A stretch of 64,000 nucleotides of DNA. Source: Patescibacteria group bacterium (GTDB lineage: Bacteria; Patescibacteriota; JABMPQ01; JAHIRA01). Numbering within the stretch: the stretch's first letter is position 1; each line of letters begins with the position of its first letter. Made by a program: the position numbers and the translations under genes. Shown here one piece after another: positions 1-7,106 of the stretch. A model generated the notes under the pieces. That model was not told the origin of the DNA, searched no databases, and saw nothing but the letters and a program-made list of their open reading frames with translations. The stretch covers positions 17,093 to 81,092 of the forward strand of contig JAHISJ010000024.1 in NCBI GenBank assembly GCA_018818205.1, given 5' to 3'.

Positions 1-1
1 G

Positions 2-724
2 GAACTTTCTCTGCGTCAAGAGGAAGAAACGGTGCTCCTTGCACAACTCGACGCGCAAGAAGAAGAACTCTCTCGGCAGCAAGAAAACAAAGAACTTCTC
101 CTTGAGCAAACAAGCGGAGAAGAAGAACGATTCCAAGAGCTCATGACCAAAGCAGAAGGAAAGCGAGAGCAAATTGTTCTTACACTCATAGAAAGCCAAA
201 CACGCACCGGAGGATTTTCTCTCTCAGAAGCACAGGTATACGCAGAAAAGGCATCCGAGAAAACCGGGGTTAGAAAAGGTATACTACTGGCCATAGTTGA
301 GCAGGAATCATACTTTGGCAGAAACGTAGGGACCGGCTATTACAAAACAGACATGCAAGAAAAATACTGGGACGAATTTGAATCAGTCTGTGAAACACTC
401 GGTCTAGATCCGGAGGCAACACCCGTATCGAATAAACCAAAAACGTACACCGGATGGGGCGGAGCCATGGGCGCGGGGCAAATCATGCCCTATGAATGGC
501 TGAGAGTAAGAGGAGAAGTTGCAAAGCTGACCGGCCACGAACTTCCAAGCCCCTGGAACCCGGAAGATGCGATGATGGGCGTTGGCGTCATTTTACGTGG
601 CCTTGGAGCTGCAAACCCTGATGGTGAATTTGAAGCATGCGGCAGATATTTCGCCGGCGGATACTGGAAAAAGTATTCATGGTACGCTGAGCAAGTATTA
701 AAGAAAGCAACAAAGTACGAATAA
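2..724 (+). CDS. Lytic transglycosylase-like protein (SLT_2/MltB-type domain) with N-terminal coiled coil; 5'-partial, continues upstream of window
   Basis: Frame is open from the window edge with no stop upstream of the GTG at 32. C-terminal half has the catalytic ES motif (AIVEQES) and GAMGAGQIMP, resembling the MltB GAMGxxQFMP motif. N-terminus is E/Q/L-rich coiled coil. Confidence 0.6.
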   Translation, partial: ELSLRQEEETVLLAQLDAQEEELSRQQENKELLLEQTSGEEERFQELMTKAEGKREQIVLTLIESQTRTGGFSLSEAQVYAEKASEKTGVRKGILLAIVEQESYFGRNVGTGYYKTDMQEKYWDEFESVCETLGLDPEATPVSNKPKTYTGWGGAMGAGQIMPYEWLRVRGEVAKLTGHELPSPWNPEDAMMGVGVILRGLGAANPDGEFEACGRYFAGGYWKKYSWYAEQVLKKATKYE

Positions 725-741
725 TTTTTCACACAAAAAAA

Positions 742-774
742 CTTCACGTGACAGTTCATGCGTGAAGTTTTTTT
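742..774. terminator. Bidirectional rho-independent terminator between convergent genes
   Basis: Hairpin cttcacg-N12-cgtgaag flanked by an A-run (734-740) and a T-run (768-774). Confidence 0.6.
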
Positions 775-780
775 ATATGC

Positions 781-1920
781 TTATAATTCTGGAATATCTG
801 GATTTGCGCTTGAAGCAGCATCGCTCGCTGGTGCCTGTGGAGCCTGTCTTTCAGCGCTTTTTTGCTCCTCAACCATTTCTTGGAGTTTTTTCTTTCGTTC
901 TGCAAGCGGAGTAATTTCCTCAGCATCTTCTTTAGCTACCTGCTTTGGTGGTGGAATTGCGGTTGGTTCTTCTGGTATATCTTGAGGAGCTTTAGGCGAT
1001 GCTTCTGCCTCATCCTTTGGTTTTGGAGCTGGCGCTTCTGGCGCTTGTACCGGCAATTTAGGACTTTTCTTTGGAAGCTTTTTGGAAGCTTTTGGTTTTA
1101 ACGGTTTTTCTACCGGGACTGCTGGCTCTTGCTTTTCTGGTACCTTTTGCGCGACGGATACGTCCATCTTTTTTTGTGGTGAAGCCGGAGGCATCTTTGC
1201 TGGCTCATCTAATAGCGCCTCAAGGTCCTTTGGTACTTTTGGCTTAGACGATGGTTTTTGTGGAGCTTCTTGAGCTTCGGGGGGTTTAGCTGCAGGCGCT
1301 TCTGGCTCAGGGACTTTAGGTTTTTGAGGTACCGGACTCGCTACTGGCTCGGGAGGAGCTTTATCCGTTTGCTCAAGCACAGGAGGTGGAGTAACTTCAG
1401 GAGTCGGCTCTGGTGCCTGGGGGACTTGAGGTTCAGGTGTTTGAGCAAGCGGCTCCTCTACAGGCGGAACTTTGGGAAGATCTTGTGCAGGGGCAGGAGC
1501 AGGTGGCTCTTGTGGAGCTTCTGGTTCTGCCTGTGTTTGAGCTGGTGTTTGAGAAACAGCCTGCGGTGATTCTTCTGCAAGTGACCCCTCGGTTCCAAAG
1601 AATTGATTAAATGTTTGATCAAGCCCTGGCTCAACTGACTCCGCAAGAGGCGGTTCCTGTGCAGAGGTATCATCTTGTAACTGTCCCTGGAGTACATCAC
1701 GTACTTCACCAAGTGTTTGTTCCGGTTCAGGAGGTGGAGCCTGTGCTGCTTGCGGCTGCTCAGTGTATTCCTGCGGGGGAGTATCTGCAGGACCTGGCAC
1801 AGGTGCTTGACTTGGAGCTTGGCCTTGTGGTGGCAAGCCTTGCATATTCATGCCTTGCTCATCTTGTGGAAGGTCGGGCTCCCCTTGAGGAGTATTTGGT
1901 GGAAGATTTTGATCTGCCAT
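781..1920 (-). CDS. Pro/Glu/Ala/Gln-rich low-complexity (intrinsically disordered) protein, hypothetical
   Basis: Longest ORF (379 aa) in a locally GC-rich, low-complexity stretch. PEPEAPQEPP-type repeats and K/P-rich segments. No signal peptide or TM seen. Several overlapping alternative-frame ORFs are compositional artefacts. Confidence 0.5.
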   Translation of the reverse strand: MADQNLPPNTPQGEPDLPQDEQGMNMQGLPPQGQAPSQAPVPGPADTPPQEYTEQPQAAQAPPPEPEQTLGEVRDVLQGQLQDDTSAQEPPLAESVEPGLDQTFNQFFGTEGSLAEESPQAVSQTPAQTQAEPEAPQEPPAPAPAQDLPKVPPVEEPLAQTPEPQVPQAPEPTPEVTPPPVLEQTDKAPPEPVASPVPQKPKVPEPEAPAAKPPEAQEAPQKPSSKPKVPKDLEALLDEPAKMPPASPQKKMDVSVAQKVPEKQEPAVPVEKPLKPKASKKLPKKSPKLPVQAPEAPAPKPKDEAEASPKAPQDIPEEPTAIPPPKQVAKEDAEEITPLAERKKKLQEMVEEQKSAERQAPQAPASDAASSANPDIPEL

Positions 1921-2216
1921 TGATTTATTTTTATCGTTTGTAATCTAACACGAACCGTATAGCACCATTGTATCATGTGTGAGTAAGCACTGTCGATTCA
2001 CTGATCTGTGTCCTAAATTGACAAGTTATCAACACTCCACCGTAAACTTGATCCATGCTATACTTGAAATGTAAAAGGCTGCTGGTTACTTGAACGGTCA
2101 AAATAACCGTCAAGTGTCCTTTGGGGGTAAGGCTAAGAACAAAAAGAAATACCCACGGGCACGGGTTTTTCTTAGTAATACCCCTTGAGTAATAAGTAAA
2201 TTGGTAGCTTTTTACA

Positions 2217-2250
2217 TAAAAAAATACGATAGTAGTATCGTATTTTTTTT
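2217..2250. terminator. Bidirectional rho-independent terminator
   Basis: Hairpin aaaatacgat-agta-atcgtatttt flanked by A- and T-runs. Lies downstream of the minus-strand gene 2336..3466. Confidence 0.5.
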
Positions 2251-2262
2251 ATTGATTATCAT

Positions 2263-2330
2263 CCCCTCCCCTTGACTAAGGGGAGGGTTAGGGTGGGGTT
2301 CTTCCTCCCCCTTAGAAAAGGGGGAGGAAG
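2263..2330. repeat. G/C-rich palindromic repeat element, copy 1 (module A cccctcccctt-gactaa-ggggaggg + ttagggtggggttctt + module B variant cctccccctt-agaaa-agggggagg)
   Basis: Near-identical copies at 3551-3582 and 4134-4238. Perfect inverted repeats stand out in an AT-rich genome. Confidence 0.7.
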
Positions 2331-2335
2331 CTGTA

Positions 2336-3466
2336 CTACAAATTCAAAAGCACCCACTTTTGAAACACTGGGTCTGTATAGTAATACCTGCGGTTCTCTT
2401 TATATAAAATCCTAAAGCCCAACAGTTCAGAAAGATAATGCTGCAGAGCTCCTTGCGACATGGAGAGCATGCGTGCAATTTCCATCTGTGTTAGTCCTTC
2501 TCTGGATGCCAAAAATCGAATCAGTAATTTGAGCGGACCATGATACCGTGCCTTAAGAAGCGTGACGTCGTACAGTGACTGTAGAAAAAGTGCAAGCGTT
2601 GTCTCACTCTTAAGCGCTCGCTCAAAGAGCTGATTCACCGTCTCGTCATCAAGCGTGCCTTTTCCTCTAAAGAGCCGCACAATGGATTTAAGATAAAACG
2701 GATGTCCTGATGAGAGCTCAACCAAAATCTTTTTCATGTCAGGACCAATGTGCTTCATGCGTGCAGTAAGAAATGCCTCTGATTCCTGATAGGTGAGTGG
2801 CCCCAGCTCATAGTACTCAGGATTCTGCAACGGGCACTGATCAACGTCAAGCATATCATCATAGGAGACTCCATACGAGGTTGAAAGGATTGAGGTGATA
2901 CTATTACTAAACAATGTCCGACACACATGCGTATGAGCCAAACTCATATTTCTAAAAAGTGAAAGAGAAAAGAGCTCAGAGACGTTGTCGATTATATATA
3001 ATGGCTTCATGCCAAGTTCTGTCGTAACCTTTGCCGGAATGCTGAGCATAACAAGAAGGGTATCAAGCCGTGACTGATCAGAAGAAGCATTAAAAAGATG
3101 AACAAACCGATCGTCTGCCATACACTCATCCAATGAAGCCGGAATAATAGAAAGTGCATCTGAACCAACATCTAAACTCCTAATGTGCGCCTGAATACTA
3201 TATAATCCTTCCTCAACAAATCGCTTTCCAAAATCCTCGGGCGTAGTGACGAGCCGCTTAAAATCGTACATAAGGGGTACTATCTCCGGATCTTTAATGA
3301 GATTGCGTGTTGCAAACTTAAGAAGCGTCGTCTTGCCAATTCTTGGTAGTCCAAAAAAAAGCAACGTTTGTACCTTGCCGTGCCGAGAAAGCTCAATGGC
3401 ATGCAAAATATCATTTAACTCTCGTTTTCTCCCTACAAATGCGGGCTTCTTTGTTTGTGTTGCCAT
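2336..3466 (-). CDS. P-loop ATPase of the ATPase_2 (PF01637-like) family with C-terminal DUF234-like winged-helix
   Basis: Walker A GLPRIGKTTLL. C-terminal LTQMEIARML...YYYTDPVFQKWVLLN resembles the DUF234 wHTH ending. Start placed at MATQTKKP (ORF-track start 3496 is 10 codons further upstream). Confidence 0.65.
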   Translation of the reverse strand: MATQTKKPAFVGRKRELNDILHAIELSRHGKVQTLLFFGLPRIGKTTLLKFATRNLIKDPEIVPLMYDFKRLVTTPEDFGKRFVEEGLYSIQAHIRSLDVGSDALSIIPASLDECMADDRFVHLFNASSDQSRLDTLLVMLSIPAKVTTELGMKPLYIIDNVSELFSLSLFRNMSLAHTHVCRTLFSNSITSILSTSYGVSYDDMLDVDQCPLQNPEYYELGPLTYQESEAFLTARMKHIGPDMKKILVELSSGHPFYLKSIVRLFRGKGTLDDETVNQLFERALKSETTLALFLQSLYDVTLLKARYHGPLKLLIRFLASREGLTQMEIARMLSMSQGALQHYLSELLGFRILYKENRRYYYTDPVFQKWVLLNL

Positions 3467-3477
3467 TTTTTTGATGT

Positions 3478-3507
3478 TTACACACGTTATACACACGTCT
3501 ACACAAA
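3478..3507. promoter_or_regulatory. Three tandem TACACA(CGT) direct repeats at the 5' end of the ATPase gene (possible operator)
   Basis: ttacacacgt / tatacacacgt / ctacacaaat occur consecutively immediately upstream of the proposed start at 3466. Confidence 0.3.
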
Positions 3508-3550
3508 TAATATCAATCTATCGTATTTTTGTAAAATGGAGATTTCTTAT

Positions 3551-3582
3551 GGTCCCTCCCCCCTTAAAAAGGGGGAGGGACC
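3551..3582. repeat. G/C-rich palindromic repeat element, copy 2 (module B: ggtccctcccccc-ttaaaaa-gggggagggacc)
   Basis: Perfect 12-bp inverted repeat, identical to the core at 4213-4238. Confidence 0.7.
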
Positions 3583-3594
3583 ATTATTGCCAAA

Positions 3595-3630
3595 TAAAAA
3601 ACCCATATGCGTCTGGCGACAACATATGGG
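3595..3630 (-). terminator. Rho-independent terminator for the 3676..3975 gene
   Basis: On the minus strand: hairpin cccatatg-N13-catatggg followed by TTTTTTATTT. Confidence 0.55.
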
Positions 3631-3675
3631 CTCTTCCTCAATGGATTGCTCCAAAGAGGGGGAAGGAAGGGAAGG

Positions 3676-3975
3676 CTAGAAGTCTTCCTTAGCTCGGACG
3701 AGCTTTGGACGAGAGTTTATTTTTTTGGCGATGGCGGTCTTTTTTGGCAGAACTCTGCAGATGCGGCTGCAACTGACATGGGTTGTGCCAGTGCGTCCGT
3801 CTTTCACAAAGACAGTACCTGCAGGACATCGCTTCAACACCTGTGAGCAACTTGAACGAAGATCCGCGTTGTAGATACCACCATAAATATAGAGGTACTT
3901 ACTTTGCTTTGCTTCACCCACACTACAAATGCTCATGCCAATCGCAAAAACCACCAAACAAATCGCTTTCTTCAT
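3676..3975 (-). CDS. Small Cys-rich secreted protein, hypothetical
   Basis: N-terminal signal peptide MKKAICLVVFAIGMSICSVGEA. Eight Cys. AAGGAG SD 8 nt upstream. Perfect sigma70 promoter upstream. Confidence 0.6.
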   Translation of the reverse strand: MKKAICLVVFAIGMSICSVGEAKQSKYLYIYGGIYNADLRSSCSQVLKRCPAGTVFVKDGRTGTTHVSCSRICRVLPKKTAIAKKINSRPKLVRAKEDF

Positions 3976-4055
3976 TTCCCATTCTCCTTCTAATCCAGCA
4001 CTCTTGAAAGAGGCTGGTGTTTTTCAAAGATCTACCCTTATTCAGTATCGGCAGC

Positions 4056-4084
4056 ATTGTACCACATATCTATATATTTGTCAA
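4056..4084 (-). promoter_or_regulatory. Sigma70-type promoter (TTGACA-N17-TACAAT) for the small secreted protein gene
   Basis: Minus-strand TTGACA (4079-4084) and TACAAT (4056-4061) with a 17-nt spacer. Confidence 0.55.
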
Positions 4085-4133
4085 GGGTTTTAGGTGTTAT
4101 TTGGAAGGAAATGGCTTGAAATAGGGGTTTTAT

Positions 4134-4238
4134 TCCTCCCTCCCCTTTACTAAGAGGAGGGTTAGGGTGGGGTTCTTAACCTGCGTTGCTTACACATACA
4201 CCCCCTCCTAACCTCCCCCTTAAAAAGGGGGAGGGACC
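4134..4238. repeat. G/C-rich palindromic repeat element, copy 3 (module A + 36-bp insert + module B)
   Basis: cctccctcccctt-tactaa-gaggagggttagggtggggttctt ... tcccccttaaaaagggggagggacc. Shares cores of 23 bp or longer with copies 1 and 2. Confidence 0.7.
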
Positions 4239-4261
4239 ATTCCAGAGATTTTTTTGTGACT

Positions 4262-4290
4262 AAAAAAACGCCCTTATCAATAGGCGTCGG
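4262..4290 (-). terminator. Rho-independent terminator downstream of ribH
   Basis: Minus-strand hairpin acgcc-N9-ggcgt followed by a T7 run. Confidence 0.45.
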
Positions 4291-4325
4291 ATATTTTTTA
4301 GATGAAACGCACTGTGCCGATTCTT

Positions 4326-4787
4326 CTACATCATCCTATACAAATTCACCATTTCTATCGCTGCTCTAGCAAAAGCAGTGCCTTTGTGTTCTTTTCTGTA
4401 TACTCTATCCAATGCTTGATCAACCGTATAGCACGTTAAAATACCATTTATAATCGGCATTTCAAGACCCAGGGTAATATCCATAATACCACGCATAGAC
4501 TCTTTGGATACATACTCAAAATGCGCCGTCTCGCCTTTAATCACGCATCCCAATGCTATTATTGCGTCTAATTCATGATTACGCATTATTTTAAGACTTG
4601 CCTGAGGGATCTCAAGCGCGCCGGGAACAAACCCAATGGTAATGTCGTCCTTTTGCACCTTCTGCGCTATAAGCTCCTTTTGCACGTCAGCAAGAAGCGC
4701 ATATGTACACGGTTCATTAAACCTAGCAGCAATGATGCCTACTTTTACGCCAAACCCATCACCCACACCACGATAAAAACGATTCAT
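4326..4787 (-). CDS. ribH: 6,7-dimethyl-8-ribityllumazine synthase
   Basis: GVKVGIIAARFNE...ALGCVIKGETAHFEYV is the typical RibH fold signature. Start placed at MNRFYRG. Confidence 0.9.
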   Translation of the reverse strand: MNRFYRGVGDGFGVKVGIIAARFNEPCTYALLADVQKELIAQKVQKDDITIGFVPGALEIPQASLKIMRNHELDAIIALGCVIKGETAHFEYVSKESMRGIMDITLGLEMPIINGILTCYTVDQALDRVYRKEHKGTAFARAAIEMVNLYRMM

Positions 4788-4798
4788 TGATTTTTTTA

Positions 4799-5389
4799 TT
4801 ACTCTGTTTTTTTGCACTGGCACGCGTAGCGTGCCAACATATCTACCTCTACATTTATATTATCATTTTCTTTGATACTTTTGAAGGTAGTATATACAAG
4901 CGTATGTGGAATAAGATCAACAGAAAAAGTCGATTTTCCCCTTTTTGAGACGGTAAGACTCACACCGTTAAGCGCAATAGAGCCTTTTTGAGCAACAAGG
5001 TGATCAAGCTCTTTTGGCAGCTCAAAGGTAAACCGTTTTGAATCACCGGTTGCTGCAATGACACGTACTGGAATAACCGTATCAACGTGACCAAAAACAA
5101 AATGACCAGAAATGGGATCGCCTACTTTGAGCGATTTTTCAAGATTGACCGTGTCTCCTACATTGAGCATCCCCAGTGTTGTTTTTTCTAGTGTTTCAGG
5201 CATTAACTGAGCGGTAAAATCACTGCCCGTAAACGCAACAACGGTGGTGCAGACACCATCAATAGCAATACTCTCACCAACACATACACCGCTTACCGTT
5301 TTTGGAGCAGTAACGGTGAGTGAGATCATGTCATTTAGTGTTTTTTTTGTGAAAACCGTTCCTAAATCGGTAATAATACCGGTAAACAT
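4799..5389 (-). CDS. ribE: Riboflavin synthase alpha subunit
   Basis: N-terminal MFTGIITDLG and the internal repeat FGHVDTV are characteristic of lumazine-binding riboflavin synthase. Confidence 0.9.
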   Translation of the reverse strand: MFTGIITDLGTVFTKKTLNDMISLTVTAPKTVSGVCVGESIAIDGVCTTVVAFTGSDFTAQLMPETLEKTTLGMLNVGDTVNLEKSLKVGDPISGHFVFGHVDTVIPVRVIAATGDSKRFTFELPKELDHLVAQKGSIALNGVSLTVSKRGKSTFSVDLIPHTLVYTTFKSIKENDNINVEVDMLARYACQCKKTE

Positions 5390-5393
5390 AGGT

Positions 5394-5837
5394 TTAGAGA
5401 TTTTTTAAGAAATGACGCGCGGCCTTCTCATCTTCTTTAAGCTGCAAGACCAGTTCTTGCGAGTCATGAAACTTTTTAACCTGCCTAAGAAGCTTTAATA
5501 GATTGAGCTCAACACGCTCATTGTATAAATCGCCATTATAATCTAAGAGATGTACCTCACACCGTGGGTCCTTTACATTAAACGTCTCAACAATACCAAC
5601 GTGCGCAATACCTTTGAGAATACGCTCTTTGATCTTTGCTAAAACAACGTACACACCATACGGGATGGTGAGATTTCCAATCTTCATATTGACTGTAGGA
5701 AATCCTAATTCTCTTCCTCGTTTGTCACCTTCTTGAACTTTTCCGGCAATATAAAACGGGGGATTTAAGACGGCTGCAGCAGCGACTGCAGGAGGTGTCT
5801 CAATATTATTTTTTGTCTCTATTCTTTGTGATGCCAT
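5394..5837 (-). CDS. Monofunctional riboflavin kinase (RibF C-terminal-domain type)
   Basis: GRELGFPTVNM ... HLLDYNGDLY flavokinase motifs. No FAD-synthetase domain is present. Confidence 0.75.
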   Translation of the reverse strand: MASQRIETKNNIETPPAVAAAAVLNPPFYIAGKVQEGDKRGRELGFPTVNMKIGNLTIPYGVYVVLAKIKERILKGIAHVGIVETFNVKDPRCEVHLLDYNGDLYNERVELNLLKLLRQVKKFHDSQELVLQLKEDEKAARHFLKNL

Positions 5838-5873
5838 ATATGTAGTTATCGTTAATTACTCTGACAACAGACG

Positions 5874-5902
5874 ATACTAGCATATCAAAACTTTTTTGTC
5901 AA
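5874..5902 (-). promoter_or_regulatory. Sigma70-type promoter (TTGACA-N17-TAGTAT) for the riboflavin kinase-ribE-ribH operon
   Basis: Minus-strand consensus -35 and near-consensus -10 about 30 nt upstream of the start codon. The leader is too short for an FMN riboswitch. Confidence 0.5.
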
Positions 5903-6036
5903 GTATGATCCCTAAGACTATCCACAGGTACTGATTAACTACTTCATAGCATACTAGCATATTTTTAATCAAAAAGAAAAGCCAAGCATGTAAAGTGCCC
6001 GGCTATCTGTGATAGTAATACAGTTTCAATATAATT

Positions 6037-6978
6037 TTATTTGCGTGCAAGTGCTGGATTTTCTCGAGGAGTAAGCGCTTTTTTCTTGGTCTCAAGATAG
6101 TGCCAGAAGAAGAATCCTCCCGACGTCAGCGCAAAGGTCCCACCAACAATCCAGAAATAGGCATTAGAGTTTTTCCAACCACCATTCACTTTCAAGAGAT
6201 CATCAACGGCAGGATACTGGCGCGCCGCAAAATGGGTACCAATTCTCTGGTTATTGACTTCAATCGCGATTGTGGTGACAAGAGCTCCAACGACTGCAAT
6301 AGCTGCAAGAGACGCAGTGCCTAGAGCCACATCTCTACGCCAATATTCACTCGACGGTCTTTTTTTTGGAGGAGGTTTGGTGATGTGAATCTTGGGATCA
6401 AGTGAAGCAAGACGAATGAGTTTTTTGCCTGTTTTAAGATCAGCGGTCATTGAAGTAGGACTTCTGCCTTTACAAACAAAGATTTTACCAAAGTCAGGCT
6501 GGATTGGATCCTTTGAGCCTTTTTTGGAGTCAAAGATGTCAGTGATCCACTCGTCAAGCGCCCTACGAATACAGGTACCATTGGCACCGTTTTTTCGGAA
6601 GAATACCCAACGGGTCCAGTCTTGGACTGTCCCTTCAATGCTGCGTGTACGTTTGAAAAACGTCATGCGAACCCCGTAGTAGGGAACGCCGGTACGCGAT
6701 TGTTGGAAGACATGCACAATGGCTTTAAGCTCATTCCATTCCAGATCACGAGAAATGCGATCGGAACAACCCGTCTCGTAGAAACCACAAATGCGGTTCT
6801 CTTTGATTGTATGCTTTGCCCGAAGTGCGTTTTTAAGCGGAAGGTAGAGATAATTTTGCCAGCTGCTACTAAATGCTCGCTGGGGAATAACTAATGTGAT
6901 TTTTTCTGCATATGCGTTACTCGCAAATAAGAAAAAAAGAATGCTTACAAAAATGTTAAAAGATGATTTATACATCAT
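6037..6978 (-). CDS. Secreted/membrane-anchored hypothetical protein (paralog of 7107..8480)
   Basis: Signal peptide, C-terminal TM helix, GGAGG SD. Central region shares ALDEWITDIFDSKKGSKDP with ALLHWVKDLFNSRKKAVDP of the neighbouring gene. Confidence 0.6.
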   Translation of the reverse strand: MMYKSSFNIFVSILFFLFASNAYAEKITLVIPQRAFSSSWQNYLYLPLKNALRAKHTIKENRICGFYETGCSDRISRDLEWNELKAIVHVFQQSRTGVPYYGVRMTFFKRTRSIEGTVQDWTRWVFFRKNGANGTCIRRALDEWITDIFDSKKGSKDPIQPDFGKIFVCKGRSPTSMTADLKTGKKLIRLASLDPKIHITKPPPKKRPSSEYWRRDVALGTASLAAIAVVGALVTTIAIEVNNQRIGTHFAARQYPAVDDLLKVNGGWKNSNAYFWIVGGTFALTSGGFFFWHYLETKKKALTPRENPALARK

Positions 6979-7060
6979 TCCTCCTAAAGAATGGTTTTGA
7001 GAGTTCAGTTTTCGCTTTCAACGTACTGCAATAATGCAGTTCTGTCAATACTACTATAAC

Positions 7061-7082
7061 AAAAAAGCTGACAGATGTCAGC
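7061..7082 (-). terminator. Rho-independent terminator
   Basis: Perfect palindrome gctgaca-ga-tgtcagc followed (minus strand) by T6. Confidence 0.55.
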
Positions 7083-7106
7083 ATAATATTAAATTTTTTG
7101 TCAGAG

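Noticed and set aside
16-759. Minus-strand ORFs 16..294 and 490..759
   Set aside because: Antisense to the SLT/MltB-like gene, which has clear catalytic motifs. Ser/Cys-rich junk translation.
758-1943. Many overlapping ORFs in several frames on the plus strand (758..985, 862..1101, 1082..1273, 1258..1569, 1413..1610, 1611..1943, 1717..1923), and 1458..1712 on the minus strand
   Set aside because: All lie inside the low-complexity, GC-rich Pro-rich gene (781..1920, minus strand). Stop-codon depletion in every frame is a compositional artefact. The longest coherent ORF was kept.
2280-2302. TTAGGG-containing stretch (gggttagggtggggtt) resembling telomeric repeats
   Set aside because: Single short occurrence embedded in the palindromic repeat module. 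No tandem array. Coincidental.
3246-4007. Plus-strand ORFs 3246..3692, 3455..3679, 3607..3846, 3783..4007
   Set aside because: They span palindromic repeats, terminators and the antisense of two minus-strand genes that have promoters and SD sites. No own translation signals.
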